Part shown: positions 24,287 to 34,267 of the stretch, in pieces
How the letters are laid out: each line of letters opens with the position of its first letter
Position numbering within the stretch: the first letter of the stretch is position 1
DNA from: a virus
Lineage: Duplodnaviria; Caudoviricetes
Length of the DNA stretch: 36,966 nt
Direction: 5' to 3' (one strand)
IMG/VR virus record: IMGVR_UViG_3300037586_003684
Span: 1 to 36,966 of that record
Notes under the pieces: generated by a model
What the model saw: the letters and a program-made list of their open reading frames with translations, nothing else
Databases searched by the model: none
Told to the model about the DNA's origin: nothing
Made by a program: the position numbers and the translations under genes

Positions 24287-24762
24287 TTGAGCGCCCCCAC
24301 CAGCTGTGCGGCGGACTTCTGCGTGATCGTGTGGCCCGGTTCCTCGGCGCGCAGTCGCTGCTTGGTGTCCGAGATCTCCTTCGCCATCTTGTCGTTGAGG
24401 TTCAGAGACTGCTTGCTCTGCCAGGACCGGTGACGAATCTCGTCTACACGAGAGCTCTTCTCGGCCCGCGTCTCGGTCTCGAGTTCGACCCGGTGGTTCG
24501 GAAAGCGCTCCTTGATGGTGGAGACCGCCCTGTCGTACTGCTCACGGGTCTCGCACTTGCCGAGGATACCCATGTCTACCGGGACGAATGTGCCGTAGCC
24601 ATCACCCTGGACCCCAGGGAACCGTCCATGCGCCCATGACACTATACGCATACCTCCGCACTCACAGGGGGGAGGCCCCTCTTCACGGTGGTAGAAAACG
24701 TCTGGGTCGATTGTACCACACTCAGTGCATTCCAGGCCGTTGGCGATGAAGCTCATGGTCAC
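24283..24762 (-). CDS. FmdB-like zinc-ribbon protein (159 aa)
   Basis: CTEC...PPCECGG near the N-terminus; typical location between portal and scaffold. Confidence 0.6.
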   Translation of the reverse strand: MTMSFIANGLECTECGTIDPDVFYHREEGPPPCECGGMRIVSWAHGRFPGVQGDGYGTFVPVDMGILGKCETREQYDRAVSTIKERFPNHRVELETETRAEKSSRVDEIRHRSWQSKQSLNLNDKMAKEISDTKQRLRAEEPGHTITQKSAAQLVGALK

Positions 24763-25607
24763 TCTCTCGGTGCGTCGGGGTGATCGGTGATGTTGTAGGT
24801 CTCAGCGGTTTCTGGCTTTTCAAAGAAGTGACGAGTCTTGTCTTCACCCTTGACCGTATGTAGGGTCCACCCAGAGCCGAACCAGTTTGCTTGCTCGGAG
24901 GACTCGATAGTTCCGTACTTCTCGGGTTGACCGACGCGCAAGTTCAAGTCTGCGGTGGACGCCTCGAAGATGTCTTCCTCGGGCACGTTTTTATAGATGT
25001 GTTTTTTCTGGTAGTTCGCGTAGTCATCGAGCCGTCCCTGAAGCCACGCGTCAGTTCCGTCGTCGTGATCAGGGTCATATATCATCACTCCTGACTTTCC
25101 TTGTATCCAAGAGGGGCCGGTCCAAGAGGGGCCGGACTTTATCAGCTCGAAATCGGCTTGCGTTCTGCGCTGGGCCATGCGTCGAATGTAGTCGTCCCAG
25201 GACTTGATCTCTCCTGGCTGCGACTGAGCCTGAGCCTGCGGGGGCCCCCCACGAATGGGGTAGCGTTGACCTTCGGGGGAAGTGAACTCTGCCTGGAGTT
25301 GAGGAACCCCCTGCTCATCGGGCTCACTTCCTATGTATGTGAGTTGATCCTCTGTGCCGGGAAACATGCTGCCTTGAGCAACCTTGACGGAACCATCCGG
25401 GGTCGAGAACTCTGCCCAGGGCAGGGACTTGTCGGTTTCGGTGAGACTATGCCGCTGAATCGCGACGTTCTTGAGCCGAGGAGGTAGCTCAGCTGTGGCG
25501 CCCCAGTCTATGCTCGTGGGCTTTTTGGAGGGTGCGAGCCTCGCTGCCTGTGCGTCTTGTCCGTCGATGCGCCACTGGTTGAGTAGAGCGGTAGCTTCGT
25601 CTGCCAT
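24759..25607 (-). CDS. Hypothetical protein (282 aa)
   Basis: Long ORF coupled to neighbours. Confidence 0.7.
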   Translation of the reverse strand: MADEATALLNQWRIDGQDAQAARLAPSKKPTSIDWGATAELPPRLKNVAIQRHSLTETDKSLPWAEFSTPDGSVKVAQGSMFPGTEDQLTYIGSEPDEQGVPQLQAEFTSPEGQRYPIRGGPPQAQAQSQPGEIKSWDDYIRRMAQRRTQADFELIKSGPSWTGPSWIQGKSGVMIYDPDHDDGTDAWLQGRLDDYANYQKKHIYKNVPEEDIFEASTADLNLRVGQPEKYGTIESSEQANWFGSGWTLHTVKGEDKTRHFFEKPETAETYNITDHPDAPRE

Positions 25608-25609
25608 GA

Positions 25610-28600
25610 CTATCCATACCTCGAGGAGTCATCCAGGGCTCCGGCGAGGGAGGCTTGAATGTCAGGATTCTTGGGGTCGAACATGCCCTTGTTGAGATAG
25701 CTCTTGATCTGGGTGGGCTCGAAAGCGATGTAGGAGTCCCCACCACCCTCAATGATATTGCGGTAGACGACACCGTCGTAGCCTTGAGCTTTTAGCGCTG
25801 CTTTGGCTTGTGCACCAAGTTCTGCGATGATGCGCTCACGTAAATCTGATTCTGTGTAATCTTCTGCGAGACTAAGAGCTTGGTTGTTTACATCTTCGCG
25901 GAACTCAATGTCAGTATCGTATTTTTTCCAGGCAGCGTCTATCGTCTCATCTGTGTAGTCAAACTGACGCCAAAAAGTATCTTCTATTAAAGCGTCATCG
26001 TTGATTTTTTGCCTTTTCGCTAACTGGAGTAACCCTTCCTCGGTCATTCTAGCCGGGTTTTTAATAGATAAGTAAACGGGGTAGACTCGTCCTGGGGCGT
26101 CTGTCTCTGATCGAAGTCGCTGCCACTTGAGACCACCGATTCCGGCAAATGTGTCTGCTACATGGGGGCTCGTCGCAAAGTGAGCCCCCATGTAGGCGTT
26201 TGGATCACCCGAGCCAGAAAGGATTGTCGCCTCGTCTACGTCTATCCAGGGAGGCCCCTCTACGGAGAACTCGCTGAAATCGACTTTTGCAGTTGTGCCA
26301 TGGTAGACGACCAACGGCTTTCCAGCATCGTCTACCACTGCCGACTCACCGAACCACTTCTGGAAGTAGGGAGAGTTTGTCCCCATCTCCTGCCACAGCC
26401 GCTTGGCCTCGGCAGCCTCGCCGAGCATCTGCTTGGCCGCAGTCTGGGCAGCCTGGTCGCCTTCCTGGGCAGCCTTGAAGGTCTCGGTGACCTTGGGCGC
26501 GATTGTGGTTGGGGGTGAGGGGAGGTCGCGCACCCCTTCGGCGGCTGATCGAGCGCTCACTTTCGGGCCGAGCTTTGTTCGGACTGCCGCTTTGTGCGCT
26601 CCGGCAGAGACACCCAGCTCGTGTGTCGCCTTCATCACCTCGGCAAGAGCGTTGCGGTCCTTCAAGCTTACGCCGAAGACATCGGCAACAGCTGCGAGGA
26701 GCTCGTTCCAGACTGTCGTGATTTTGCCGCCCGTGGTGGGGATCTCGATCTCCTTCAGTATCGCCTGGAACTCTGGATTGGAGAACGCTTCTGCGACGAA
26801 CTCCTCAGCGTCCGTGAATCCGTATTCGCCGAGAGCGTGGGGTGAACCCTTCCAGCGAGGATACTGCACGGGACCGACGCCGTACTTCTCGAGCGGCACC
26901 CCCTTAGGAGACATACGAGTCGAGGTTATCCGGGTACTTAGTATATCTTGTGTCTGCTTATAGATTTCTTCGATTCTGTCGGCAGCAGCGAGAGCGCGTC
27001 GACCTTCTGCGGTGCTCTTCAAAGAGCGCAAGATCTCGGGTATACCTGTTCGTCCATCATAGTTGGCTTCTCCTCGGTTCATTTTGGCGGCGTGGAGGAC
27101 CCGAGCGGTGCCCCCATGTAGCAGCTCATGGATAACTGTAGAGAAGCCCTTCAGGTGACGTGTTTGGTTTATGACGACGACGTCGTGATTAACGCTATAC
27201 CAAGAGGTGCCCCGTGCTAGTTTCCTCTTCTTCTCGTCCGCCAGGTGTGCCGCCACGCTACGAGGCAGGTCGTCGAGGGTGCCGAACACAGATTCACGAT
27301 ACTTGGCTGGCGCATCAACGACTCCTTCTACGTCGTTGACGACATGGACGGGTATATCGTCTACGCCGGGGAAGCCTTTGAGATACTTCGCGACGGCGAC
27401 TTCTGGGTCTCCGCGCCCATACATGCCTACATAGACCAGCTTTTGGGGTTGTTTGATTATTTCGTCGAGTAGGGTATTCGAGTCGGTCACCATGTAGCGG
27501 GGGCGGGGATCTTGGTCCCGGTACGGCGTGGGCGATTCATCTATATACTCCGTCTTCGTTTTGACTGTCTGGGTGATCCAATCATCGGCTTCGTGGTACG
27601 GCTCCCAACGCAGGGAAGCCTCCCACGGATCGCGGGGCTCGTACTTAGGATCGCGGAGCACATCGGGCGGTGAGGCACGAACCGCCGCCTCGGCTACGGG
27701 TGCGGCAGGCGCTGCTTCTGCGCTTCTTTTTAACTCACGGTATTCATTTTTAAGCATCGCTCGCTTGAATCCGTAAACTCCTCGACTCGGCGGAACTCCG
27801 GTCCGAGAACTGGGGAGAAGCGGCGTACCATCTACTGAGATACCTGTGCCGAATGTGACGAATCTGCTTCCGTCTTGCCTCTTGACCATAAGCTGTGTTG
27901 TTGGTTTGGCTCCTTTTGCGGGAGTCTTGTCGTATGGGGGAAATCGGTCTACTGGACCAAGGACTTGAACTTGTTCGTCGCCGAATGCTGCCTCGACTGG
28001 ATATTCGCGGGTGTGCATTTTATCGAGGGCCGCGTCTGCTTGTTGCTTGTATTCGGCTTTGGTCGCCTCATCGAGATCTTCCCAGTAAGTGACGCCCGGT
28101 TCGCGTGGTTTTGCTCTGGCTTCGAGGAACTCATCCCAAGAAGGTAGCTTCTTGGCTGCACGCGCGGCAGGCGCCACCTCGGCTGCTTCCCTCGCAGCTT
28201 TGACGATGGGCCCGACAGGCGGTCCGACAACTGCAGCCATGCCGAGACCTGACAGGGCAGCCATGGCTACGTCGCCTTCCTCGATGGCTTTGTTGAAGTA
28301 GTCTGCGTCGATGGCGTATCCGAGGGACGGGCTTGCGGCTCCCCCGAGTACTTCAGTCCACGCCTTTGCGCTGGGTCCGATCTCGAACTCTCCTTCGAGA
28401 CCATAGCGCTTGGGCCACTCCCCGGGCGGGCGTTCGTCGAGGGGCGTTGCCTCTACCGATTCACCTGTGGTGGCTCGTCGATAGTGCTCTGGGCTGGCGT
28501 AGACACCCTCGGGGCCGGGCGCGTCTGCGACGGAGGGCTCCTCGGAGATCTCCTTCTTGCGCGACTCCATGACGGCTCTCCAGGCGTCTCGCTGCTTCTG

Positions 28601-28972
28601 CGTCATGTCCGGGGGCTCTTTCACCGCACCGCTGGGGCCCGGCAGGTCCACTGCTGTCGGAGGCGTGACGCGCTGCACCAGATTGCCGTACTTGTCGTAG
28701 ACCTCACCCTCCTGGCGCGGCCTCTTGTAGCGCCGAAGGTCTGAACGTATCTGGTCGGCTTGTTCGCTGGTCAGCCCGGGGGCACTGTCCCACTCCGGCC
28801 TTTGAGCCAGAGTTTCGGCTGCGGCTTCGCGGCGAGCATCTGCGAACGCCTTCTCCTCTGTTTTCTTCGCAGGTACGAATGGCTTGACCTCTGCGTCTTC
28901 CTCTTTCGCCGCATCTTCGCGCAGCTTGCGAAGTCGCAGGTCGAGGTCAGGGGTCAGGCCATAGGTGCTCAC
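25610..28972 (-). CDS. Polyvalent protein: zincin-like metallopeptidase plus C-terminal ADP-ribosyltransferase (ART-PolyVal-like)
   Basis: HELLH (27130-27116) with downstream EEFVAEAFSNPEF; F.KWFG.S.VVD..GKPLVVYHGT (26305-26294), G.HF, VYPVYL.IKNP, GYDGV.Y.N, YIAFEPTQIKS..N.G.FDP. Confidence 0.8.
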   Translation of the reverse strand: MSTYGLTPDLDLRLRKLREDAAKEEDAEVKPFVPAKKTEEKAFADARREAAAETLAQRPEWDSAPGLTSEQADQIRSDLRRYKRPRQEGEVYDKYGNLVQRVTPPTAVDLPGPSGAVKEPPDMTQKQRDAWRAVMESRKKEISEEPSVADAPGPEGVYASPEHYRRATTGESVEATPLDERPPGEWPKRYGLEGEFEIGPSAKAWTEVLGGAASPSLGYAIDADYFNKAIEEGDVAMAALSGLGMAAVVGPPVGPIVKAAREAAEVAPAARAAKKLPSWDEFLEARAKPREPGVTYWEDLDEATKAEYKQQADAALDKMHTREYPVEAAFGDEQVQVLGPVDRFPPYDKTPAKGAKPTTQLMVKRQDGSRFVTFGTGISVDGTPLLPSSRTGVPPSRGVYGFKRAMLKNEYRELKRSAEAAPAAPVAEAAVRASPPDVLRDPKYEPRDPWEASLRWEPYHEADDWITQTVKTKTEYIDESPTPYRDQDPRPRYMVTDSNTLLDEIIKQPQKLVYVGMYGRGDPEVAVAKYLKGFPGVDDIPVHVVNDVEGVVDAPAKYRESVFGTLDDLPRSVAAHLADEKKRKLARGTSWYSVNHDVVVINQTRHLKGFSTVIHELLHGGTARVLHAAKMNRGEANYDGRTGIPEILRSLKSTAEGRRALAAADRIEEIYKQTQDILSTRITSTRMSPKGVPLEKYGVGPVQYPRWKGSPHALGEYGFTDAEEFVAEAFSNPEFQAILKEIEIPTTGGKITTVWNELLAAVADVFGVSLKDRNALAEVMKATHELGVSAGAHKAAVRTKLGPKVSARSAAEGVRDLPSPPTTIAPKVTETFKAAQEGDQAAQTAAKQMLGEAAEAKRLWQEMGTNSPYFQKWFGESAVVDDAGKPLVVYHGTTAKVDFSEFSVEGPPWIDVDEATILSGSGDPNAYMGAHFATSPHVADTFAGIGGLKWQRLRSETDAPGRVYPVYLSIKNPARMTEEGLLQLAKRQKINDDALIEDTFWRQFDYTDETIDAAWKKYDTDIEFREDVNNQALSLAEDYTESDLRERIIAELGAQAKAALKAQGYDGVVYRNIIEGGGDSYIAFEPTQIKSYLNKGMFDPKNPDIQASLAGALDDSSRYG

Positions 28973-29298
28973 TTGGCGCCTCTGTAGCGAGGAGTGATTT
29001 CTCCAGGCCTCACATCCATCGGGGAGACAGCTTCGCAGGGCTGATCCGTCTCGTACTCGCCCTCGGGCTGAAAGTGCCTGTCGTAGTCCTTCAGGTAGAA
29101 GCGTCGTCGGTTGAAGCTTCGAGAGGCCCCTCCGGCTTCTCGGTGGGAGAGCACCGTGTAACCCACGGTCACTCCAGGGAGACGGCTACGGGGAGGCTTT
29201 GTTTTCGTCGGAGCGAGCCATGAACTCTCACGCACGTACTCCATGTTCTCGATAGGCATGAGCCAGATCACTTCGGATTCTCTGGGGTTGACGTTCAT
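28969..29298 (-). CDS. DUF6009-like protein (109 aa)
   Basis: VIWL....EYVR...VGY..L...RRRFYL..YDR...P.G.Y...P.EAV.P...PG matches my recollection of DUF6009; GGAG RBS before ATG 29298. Confidence 0.55.
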   Translation of the reverse strand: MNVNPRESEVIWLMPIENMEYVRESSWLAPTKTKPPRSRLPGVTVGYTVLSHREAGGASRSFNRRRFYLKDYDRHFQPEGEYETDQPCEAVSPMDVRPGEITPRYRGAK

Positions 29299-29312
29299 TA
29301 CTGTCTCCGGGG

Positions 29313-29738
29313 TTAGGTGACTGTCCGGCCTGCCCAGCTGAAGCAGACTCGCATGGATGCACACTTGAAGTTCCAGGCCTGGCAGTAGCCGAGCTCTCCG
29401 CCCTCGATGGCTCGTTCGGGGTCACCCTCTCCACCGAGTCCGGTCTCGATGCACTGGAGCATCTGCGGAGTCTGGATGAAGAAGGTGCAGCCCTCGCAGC
29501 GCATCGACATCACGTTGTCGACGGTGTCGTTGAACTTCTGGGCATAGATCTCCCAGAACGGCAGGTTCTCACCTACGTCGTCGAGCTGTGGATTGACGGG
29601 ACCGTACTTGGCTTCGTCGATGGCTTTCTGACGATGCTTCATGTTCAGGACGATGTCCTGCGTCACCCGAGGGCACCTGTCCGTCTCACGGGCGTCCCGC
29701 TTCGCTCGGTCGATGATCTCGTGTGATGTTCTCGCCAC
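29313..29738 (-). CDS. Cys-rich conserved phage protein (141 aa)
   Basis: YGP.NP, CEGC.FF, M..CI..G, G.LGYC...FKCA..R.C..W. Confidence 0.65.
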   Translation of the reverse strand: MARTSHEIIDRAKRDARETDRCPRVTQDIVLNMKHRQKAIDEAKYGPVNPQLDDVGENLPFWEIYAQKFNDTVDNVMSMRCEGCTFFIQTPQMLQCIETGLGGEGDPERAIEGGELGYCQAWNFKCASMRVCFSWAGRTVT

Positions 29739-30404
29739 CTATCCCTCGTATTCTTTGATCATGGCTTGGATTTTCTCCCAGCCAGCTTTTTGGTCGAGAG
29801 GGGGAGCGAGCTCTGGCCTGAATACCATTGTGGTGCGCAGGATTTCGGGGTCGATTCCTCGGTCTACGGCTTGCGCGTAGTCGATGCTGCCGTCGAGGAA
29901 ATCAGCCAGGTCTTGCCCCTGCTTCTGCTCCGACAGGATCTTCTCGGCCATTTTCATGGCGTCCTTGGATCGGTCCCCTGCGCGGATGGCCTTGAACACT
30001 GCCTTGGCGCTATCACCGAAGACGGGGAGGAACCCGACTCCAGCCATCACCATTCCGAGAGTGTCGTTGCTGCGGATTGCCGTGGCGAGGTCCTTGACGT
30101 CGATGGCGACTCCCGCAGGTGTGGCTCCCGCAGCAATCTCGGTAGCAACCTTCGCAGGACCGAGTTCCACCGGTCCCGTGGTTCCATGTCTCGTCACTCG
30201 CGTCTTGAGAGGCTCGGCTGCCTGCGCTGCCTGGCTGCTTGCGACAGAGGCCTCCCAGCGCCCCTGCTGCTCTGGGGTCATCTCTGGACGCTTCAACGTT
30301 GAGCCGCCGAGACGTATCGCCTCTTCGTCCTGGGCCGACCGACGCATCTGGTTGATCTTGTTGTCGGCTTCGTTCTTCAGGTTCAGGTATTCATCGGTGG
30401 GCAT
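29739..30404 (-). CDS. Protein with pre-toxin (PT-TG-like) hydrophobic segment (221 aa)
   Basis: GATPAG.AID..D...A....D..G...AGVGFLPVFGD.AK resembles PT-TG; GAGG RBS. Confidence 0.55.
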   Translation of the reverse strand: MPTDEYLNLKNEADNKINQMRRSAQDEEAIRLGGSTLKRPEMTPEQQGRWEASVASSQAAQAAEPLKTRVTRHGTTGPVELGPAKVATEIAAGATPAGVAIDVKDLATAIRSNDTLGMVMAGVGFLPVFGDSAKAVFKAIRAGDRSKDAMKMAEKILSEQKQGQDLADFLDGSIDYAQAVDRGIDPEILRTTMVFRPELAPPLDQKAGWEKIQAMIKEYEG

Positions 30405-30412
30405 GGTGTCCT

Positions 30413-32146
30413 CTATTTGGCGGGTGCGCCTTCACGGATGGGTGCCCCTCCGCCTGCGGCGAGAGCTTCTTCGGGTGATTCTTCTCCACCACCGCCTGCC
30501 AACATCGCCAGCAGTTCTGGCGGGATGCCTTCTGCACCACCTTCACCGTTTGCGGCGACAGCAGCACCACCGAGGGCTTGCTGCTGGGCTGCTTCGGCCT
30601 GGGCAGCGGCAGTGGCTGCGACGTCTTCTTCGGGCAGTAGGATGTTGGCAGGTAGTCCGAGTCCGGTGATGAGTTCTTCGGTGAACCGTCTCACATCGAC
30701 GTTCGGATTCTGCATCAGGAAGGGCAGCAGGTTTATCATGGTCTCGGCGAGAACACTGGGGTTTTGGCGGATGGGGTTGTAGCTGACCATGGAGAAGCTG
30801 ACGTCCACGTCGTGGATGTCGGGCAGGTTGACGGTCGCCCAGCGACGGTTGCCCGCGACCCGGACCATCTTCTCTTCCTTCATGTACTTGCGGCACAGGT
30901 AGAAGGCCTTCTCACCCACGCTCTCGAGCGCAGCGTTGACATGACCCTCGCGGGTCGCCAACCTGGTCCGCATCTGGGCATCGATGATTGCCATCTCGGT
31001 AGCCGTCCTGGCACCTGTGACCTGACCTCGTGCAGCCTCGGCCAGGGCGCTGATGAAGGCGGCATCGTCTTCCTGTCGAGCCGTGAACTCCTTGACGCCC
31101 ACAGGGGTCTGGGGCTGAGGCATCTCGTAGAACAGGGTCGCCAATGTGCGCAGGGCTTCGCTGTTCTCGGGGCTGATTCCGATGAAGCTACCGCTGGATG
31201 CCTCGACGGCCTTGTTGAGGTCCTCTTCGCTGATGCGCCCAGAGTCGTAGAGGATCCTCGGAATCATCAGGTAGACGATCTGCTTCATGTGTGTGAGCAG
31301 GTCGTTCACGGTCTCCTGTTGACTGAGGACGAGCTGGACCTCGCTCAATCCCAGACAGTCCACGCCCGACTGGTTCAGTGAGAACATGGAGTAGGGGATG
31401 TAGTCGATCTCGTCCTCGAGCACGATGGTGTCGGCCTGTTGGACGTAGTGCTGCACGATGTTGTGCTCGCGGTCGTAGTACTCCCAGACGGTGACCCACT
31501 GGAACGCATCACGGACGGAGTTGGCGTTCTTCTGGTTGCTGCCGCCCAGCATCCACGAGGGATAGCGGTCGGGCTGGATGTCTCCCATCCGGTCGATCTT
31601 GTACATGCCTGACTCGACCCGCTTCTCGAACTCCGACCAGGGAAGCACGGTGGCCTCGAGCCAGTAACGAATGTCGTCCACGTCCCGGACGGTCAGGTCG
31701 AAGAAGATGGCGGACGGGTCGACGACCTTGATCAGGGGCCGGTCGAGGGTCTGGCTCCAGCCTGTCTTGAAGATGCCTCGCTTGCACAGCACCGCATCGA
31801 TGAGCGCCGTGGCGGCACGGCTCCGCATCCGGTTGGTATCGAAGATGTACTCCAGTAGACCGTTGACTGCGGGGAGCGCCTGCTGGCTACGCGGGTTGCG
31901 CGGGGTCGCCGCGACCTGGGGGTTCGGCCCGAGCAGTGCACTGATGGCTGTGTCCGCGATGGCGTAGATGAGGTTCTTGCTGCAGAGCATGCTTCGCAGC
32001 TGGCTCGTGTCGACGAGTGCGCCCTCCGAGGCCTGGTTCCAGAACTCGCCACGGTAGTAGCGACGAGCCTTGTCGAAGGACTGCTTCTCGTATTGGTCGT
32101 AGTACCGGCGATGGCGGTCGATGAGGCTCGATAGTTTCGGAGTCAA
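30413..32146 (-). CDS. Portal protein
   Basis: 577 aa downstream of terL; KNLI, G.FK.GW, V.P..IF.D, V.VWEYYD, ARG......TATE motifs; low-complexity C-tail. Confidence 0.85.
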   Translation of the reverse strand: MTPKLSSLIDRHRRYYDQYEKQSFDKARRYYRGEFWNQASEGALVDTSQLRSMLCSKNLIYAIADTAISALLGPNPQVAATPRNPRSQQALPAVNGLLEYIFDTNRMRSRAATALIDAVLCKRGIFKTGWSQTLDRPLIKVVDPSAIFFDLTVRDVDDIRYWLEATVLPWSEFEKRVESGMYKIDRMGDIQPDRYPSWMLGGSNQKNANSVRDAFQWVTVWEYYDREHNIVQHYVQQADTIVLEDEIDYIPYSMFSLNQSGVDCLGLSEVQLVLSQQETVNDLLTHMKQIVYLMIPRILYDSGRISEEDLNKAVEASSGSFIGISPENSEALRTLATLFYEMPQPQTPVGVKEFTARQEDDAAFISALAEAARGQVTGARTATEMAIIDAQMRTRLATREGHVNAALESVGEKAFYLCRKYMKEEKMVRVAGNRRWATVNLPDIHDVDVSFSMVSYNPIRQNPSVLAETMINLLPFLMQNPNVDVRRFTEELITGLGLPANILLPEEDVAATAAAQAEAAQQQALGGAAVAANGEGGAEGIPPELLAMLAGGGGEESPEEALAAGGGAPIREGAPAK

Positions 32147-32149
32147 GGT

Positions 32150-32518
32150 CTACTCCTCGCGAGGCGCTTTCGCGCCACGAATGTGAGCAATCTTCGGAGC
32201 TGTCCCCATCGCGGAAGCCCGCAGCCCTTTAACATCGACCCCAGCCGCGACGTCACGAGGCGGGAGGCCCCATATGTGGGCTACAACATCGTCAAGTAGT
32301 GTCGCTGCGGGAAGCCCGTAGCGCTCTGCCAAGCCTTTTTCGTTGGCGAGACGCCGCACATGGTCCATGTAGGCTTGAACCTTATCTGGGTTCCAATCAG
32401 GCGGCGGAACTTCAGGAAGCTTCTCTGCAGACGCAGGCGAAGGCGCTTGCGTTCTAGCCTCGGTTTTCATGTTGTGGATGATCTCGTCAGGTGACTGCGT
32501 GTATTTGGGGGACATCAC
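32150..32518 (-). CDS. Hypothetical protein inserted between terL and portal (122 aa)
   Basis: Fills the gap exactly; codon usage differs from flanking genes. Confidence 0.55.
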   Translation of the reverse strand: MMSPKYTQSPDEIIHNMKTEARTQAPSPASAEKLPEVPPPDWNPDKVQAYMDHVRRLANEKGLAERYGLPAATLLDDVVAHIWGLPPRDVAAGVDVKGLRASAMGTAPKIAHIRGAKAPREE

Positions 32519-34173
32519 TACATCCAGTTGCGGGGAGGGGGCTTGAAGGGGTTCTTGCGCTGATTGCGGTTGTGGCGATTGTACCGGTCGAGGTCCGCGA
32601 TTGTAAGCTGACCGGGATGCCGCTCATTAACCTCTTCTAGGTTATCTGGCGTGAAGTGGCGACGGGACAGGATGTCGGCAGCCATGACAGCGGTTCTTGC
32701 GCGGTCGAAGTGGTGGGTCTCGCCGTCGAGGCCCTTCACTCTCTTCTTGCGCGAACCATCGTAGTTCAGCAGCTGGTGGAGCAGTCCCCTGGACCGGAGC
32801 TCGATGTCTTCCTGTCGGAGCATCCGAACCAGGCGAGCCTCGGCTTCCTGAATCCGCTTGTCGGTGGCGTACCAACCAGGATGGTTGCGGTTGGTCCACA
32901 GCAGCTTCTTGCAGCCGCCGTCCTTGAGCAGGGCGATACAGGCCGTGGCGTTGGACTCCACGGCGAGCAGGGCACCGTTGTACCGGGCCTGGACCTGCAG
33001 GAGTCGTCGGGAGAACCGGTCCGGTGGTTCTCTGTCCTCCCAGAACGCAACCTCTCTCCGCGTGATGGCGTTCCAGACAGTCAACGCACTCTTGTCGCCG
33101 TCTCCACCGAACCCCGCAGGGTCTGCAGTGATGACGTACTTGTCCCTGGGCTCGGGGGCGTCGATCTCTCTGCAGCCGGACAGGGCTACTGGAGGATCAT
33201 TGACCGCACGTGCCAGGAGAGGCTTCAGTATCTCTATAGGCATAACCGGTGCGAAGGCGCCGAGCCAGCCATCATAGGGGTCTGAGGGGTACTTACTCGA
33301 GAAGAGTCTGGAGTCCCCTGCGAACTCGGTCTCGAGGGCGAGTCGGCGGAACGCCAGGTTGTCGAGAACCATGCCCGGGTGCCTCGACATGTATGTCTTT
33401 TCTTCTTCGGTGGGGACGAAACCGGCAGGGCTGACTCGACAGCTGGGGTCGTGCCACCACTCGAGGAACAGAGAACTGAAGCGACCTCGCCCCTCGAGAG
33501 AAGACTGCCACATCTGCTCATGGTGACTGCCAGATCGTCCCGGCGTGGACTCCAAGATGACGCGGGCGTTGGGCCGTTTGTTCAATGTCGGGAAGATGTT
33601 GATCGCGGCTTTACGCTGCCACTGAGCTTCACCGAACTCGGTGATGACGAGGCGGTCGATGGAACGACCGATGGCAGGACTGCGTCCACCTGCAGTCAGG
33701 ATCTTGATGGCGCCTCCGTGACAGAAGTGAATCTGGGTCGCACCAGCCTTGCGCCCATGAGCCAGTGGCATCTTCACGTCTTCGGGGAGTCGGTGGTAGG
33801 CAAACAGGATGCGCTCGAAGATGTCTTCAGCGGTGTCCTGGCGCTCTGCAATGAGTAGGCCCTTGATGCCGTTGAGGTACATACAGTCACGCAGCAGGAG
33901 CATGACACTGACGGTTGTGATCTTGGCCTGCCTGAACTTGTTGACCATGACCCAACGGTGGCTGCCGATAGAGTTGAGGAACTGCATCTGCGTGTTTGTC
34001 GGGTTCATGTAGCCCATGGACTCATCTTCTCGGATGATCTGACACATGCTCACGAAAGCAGACGGCGTGGAGAACATGGCTTGTATCTTGCCCATGTGCA
34101 GGCCGGGCGCTTCAGCGAAGTCGGCACCACCAGACACACTGGTGCCTGTCACAGGCTGAATCAAGCTGCTCAT
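32518..34173 (-). CDS. terL: Terminase large subunit
   Basis: Q motif, K.RQ..ITT Walker A, GRS, LVITE Walker B, ILESTP coupling motif; RNase H-like ADPA, D.SA, AVESN, H.DR. Confidence 0.9.
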   Translation of the reverse strand: MSSLIQPVTGTSVSGGADFAEAPGLHMGKIQAMFSTPSAFVSMCQIIREDESMGYMNPTNTQMQFLNSIGSHRWVMVNKFRQAKITTVSVMLLLRDCMYLNGIKGLLIAERQDTAEDIFERILFAYHRLPEDVKMPLAHGRKAGATQIHFCHGGAIKILTAGGRSPAIGRSIDRLVITEFGEAQWQRKAAINIFPTLNKRPNARVILESTPGRSGSHHEQMWQSSLEGRGRFSSLFLEWWHDPSCRVSPAGFVPTEEEKTYMSRHPGMVLDNLAFRRLALETEFAGDSRLFSSKYPSDPYDGWLGAFAPVMPIEILKPLLARAVNDPPVALSGCREIDAPEPRDKYVITADPAGFGGDGDKSALTVWNAITRREVAFWEDREPPDRFSRRLLQVQARYNGALLAVESNATACIALLKDGGCKKLLWTNRNHPGWYATDKRIQEAEARLVRMLRQEDIELRSRGLLHQLLNYDGSRKKRVKGLDGETHHFDRARTAVMAADILSRRHFTPDNLEEVNERHPGQLTIADLDRYNRHNRNQRKNPFKPPPRNWM

Positions 34174-34179
34174 GATGAG

Positions 34180-34208
34180 ATGGTATCATGGAGTTAAGGA
34201 GGAAGCAC
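34180..34208 (-). promoter_or_regulatory. Leftward promoter giving a leaderless terL mRNA
   Basis: GTGCTT-17-TACCAT with TG extension, 6 nt, then ATG 34173; no SD. Confidence 0.55.
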
Positions 34209-34211
34209 TGT

Positions 34212-34240
34212 GTGCGTAGTCTTTCCCTCTTGGGTATAAA
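34212..34240 (+). promoter_or_regulatory. Rightward promoter, divergent from terL
   Basis: GTGCGT-17-TATAAA before CAGGAG RBS. Confidence 0.5.
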
Positions 34241-34267
34241 GAGGTACAGTTTCTTGCAGGAGCCATC

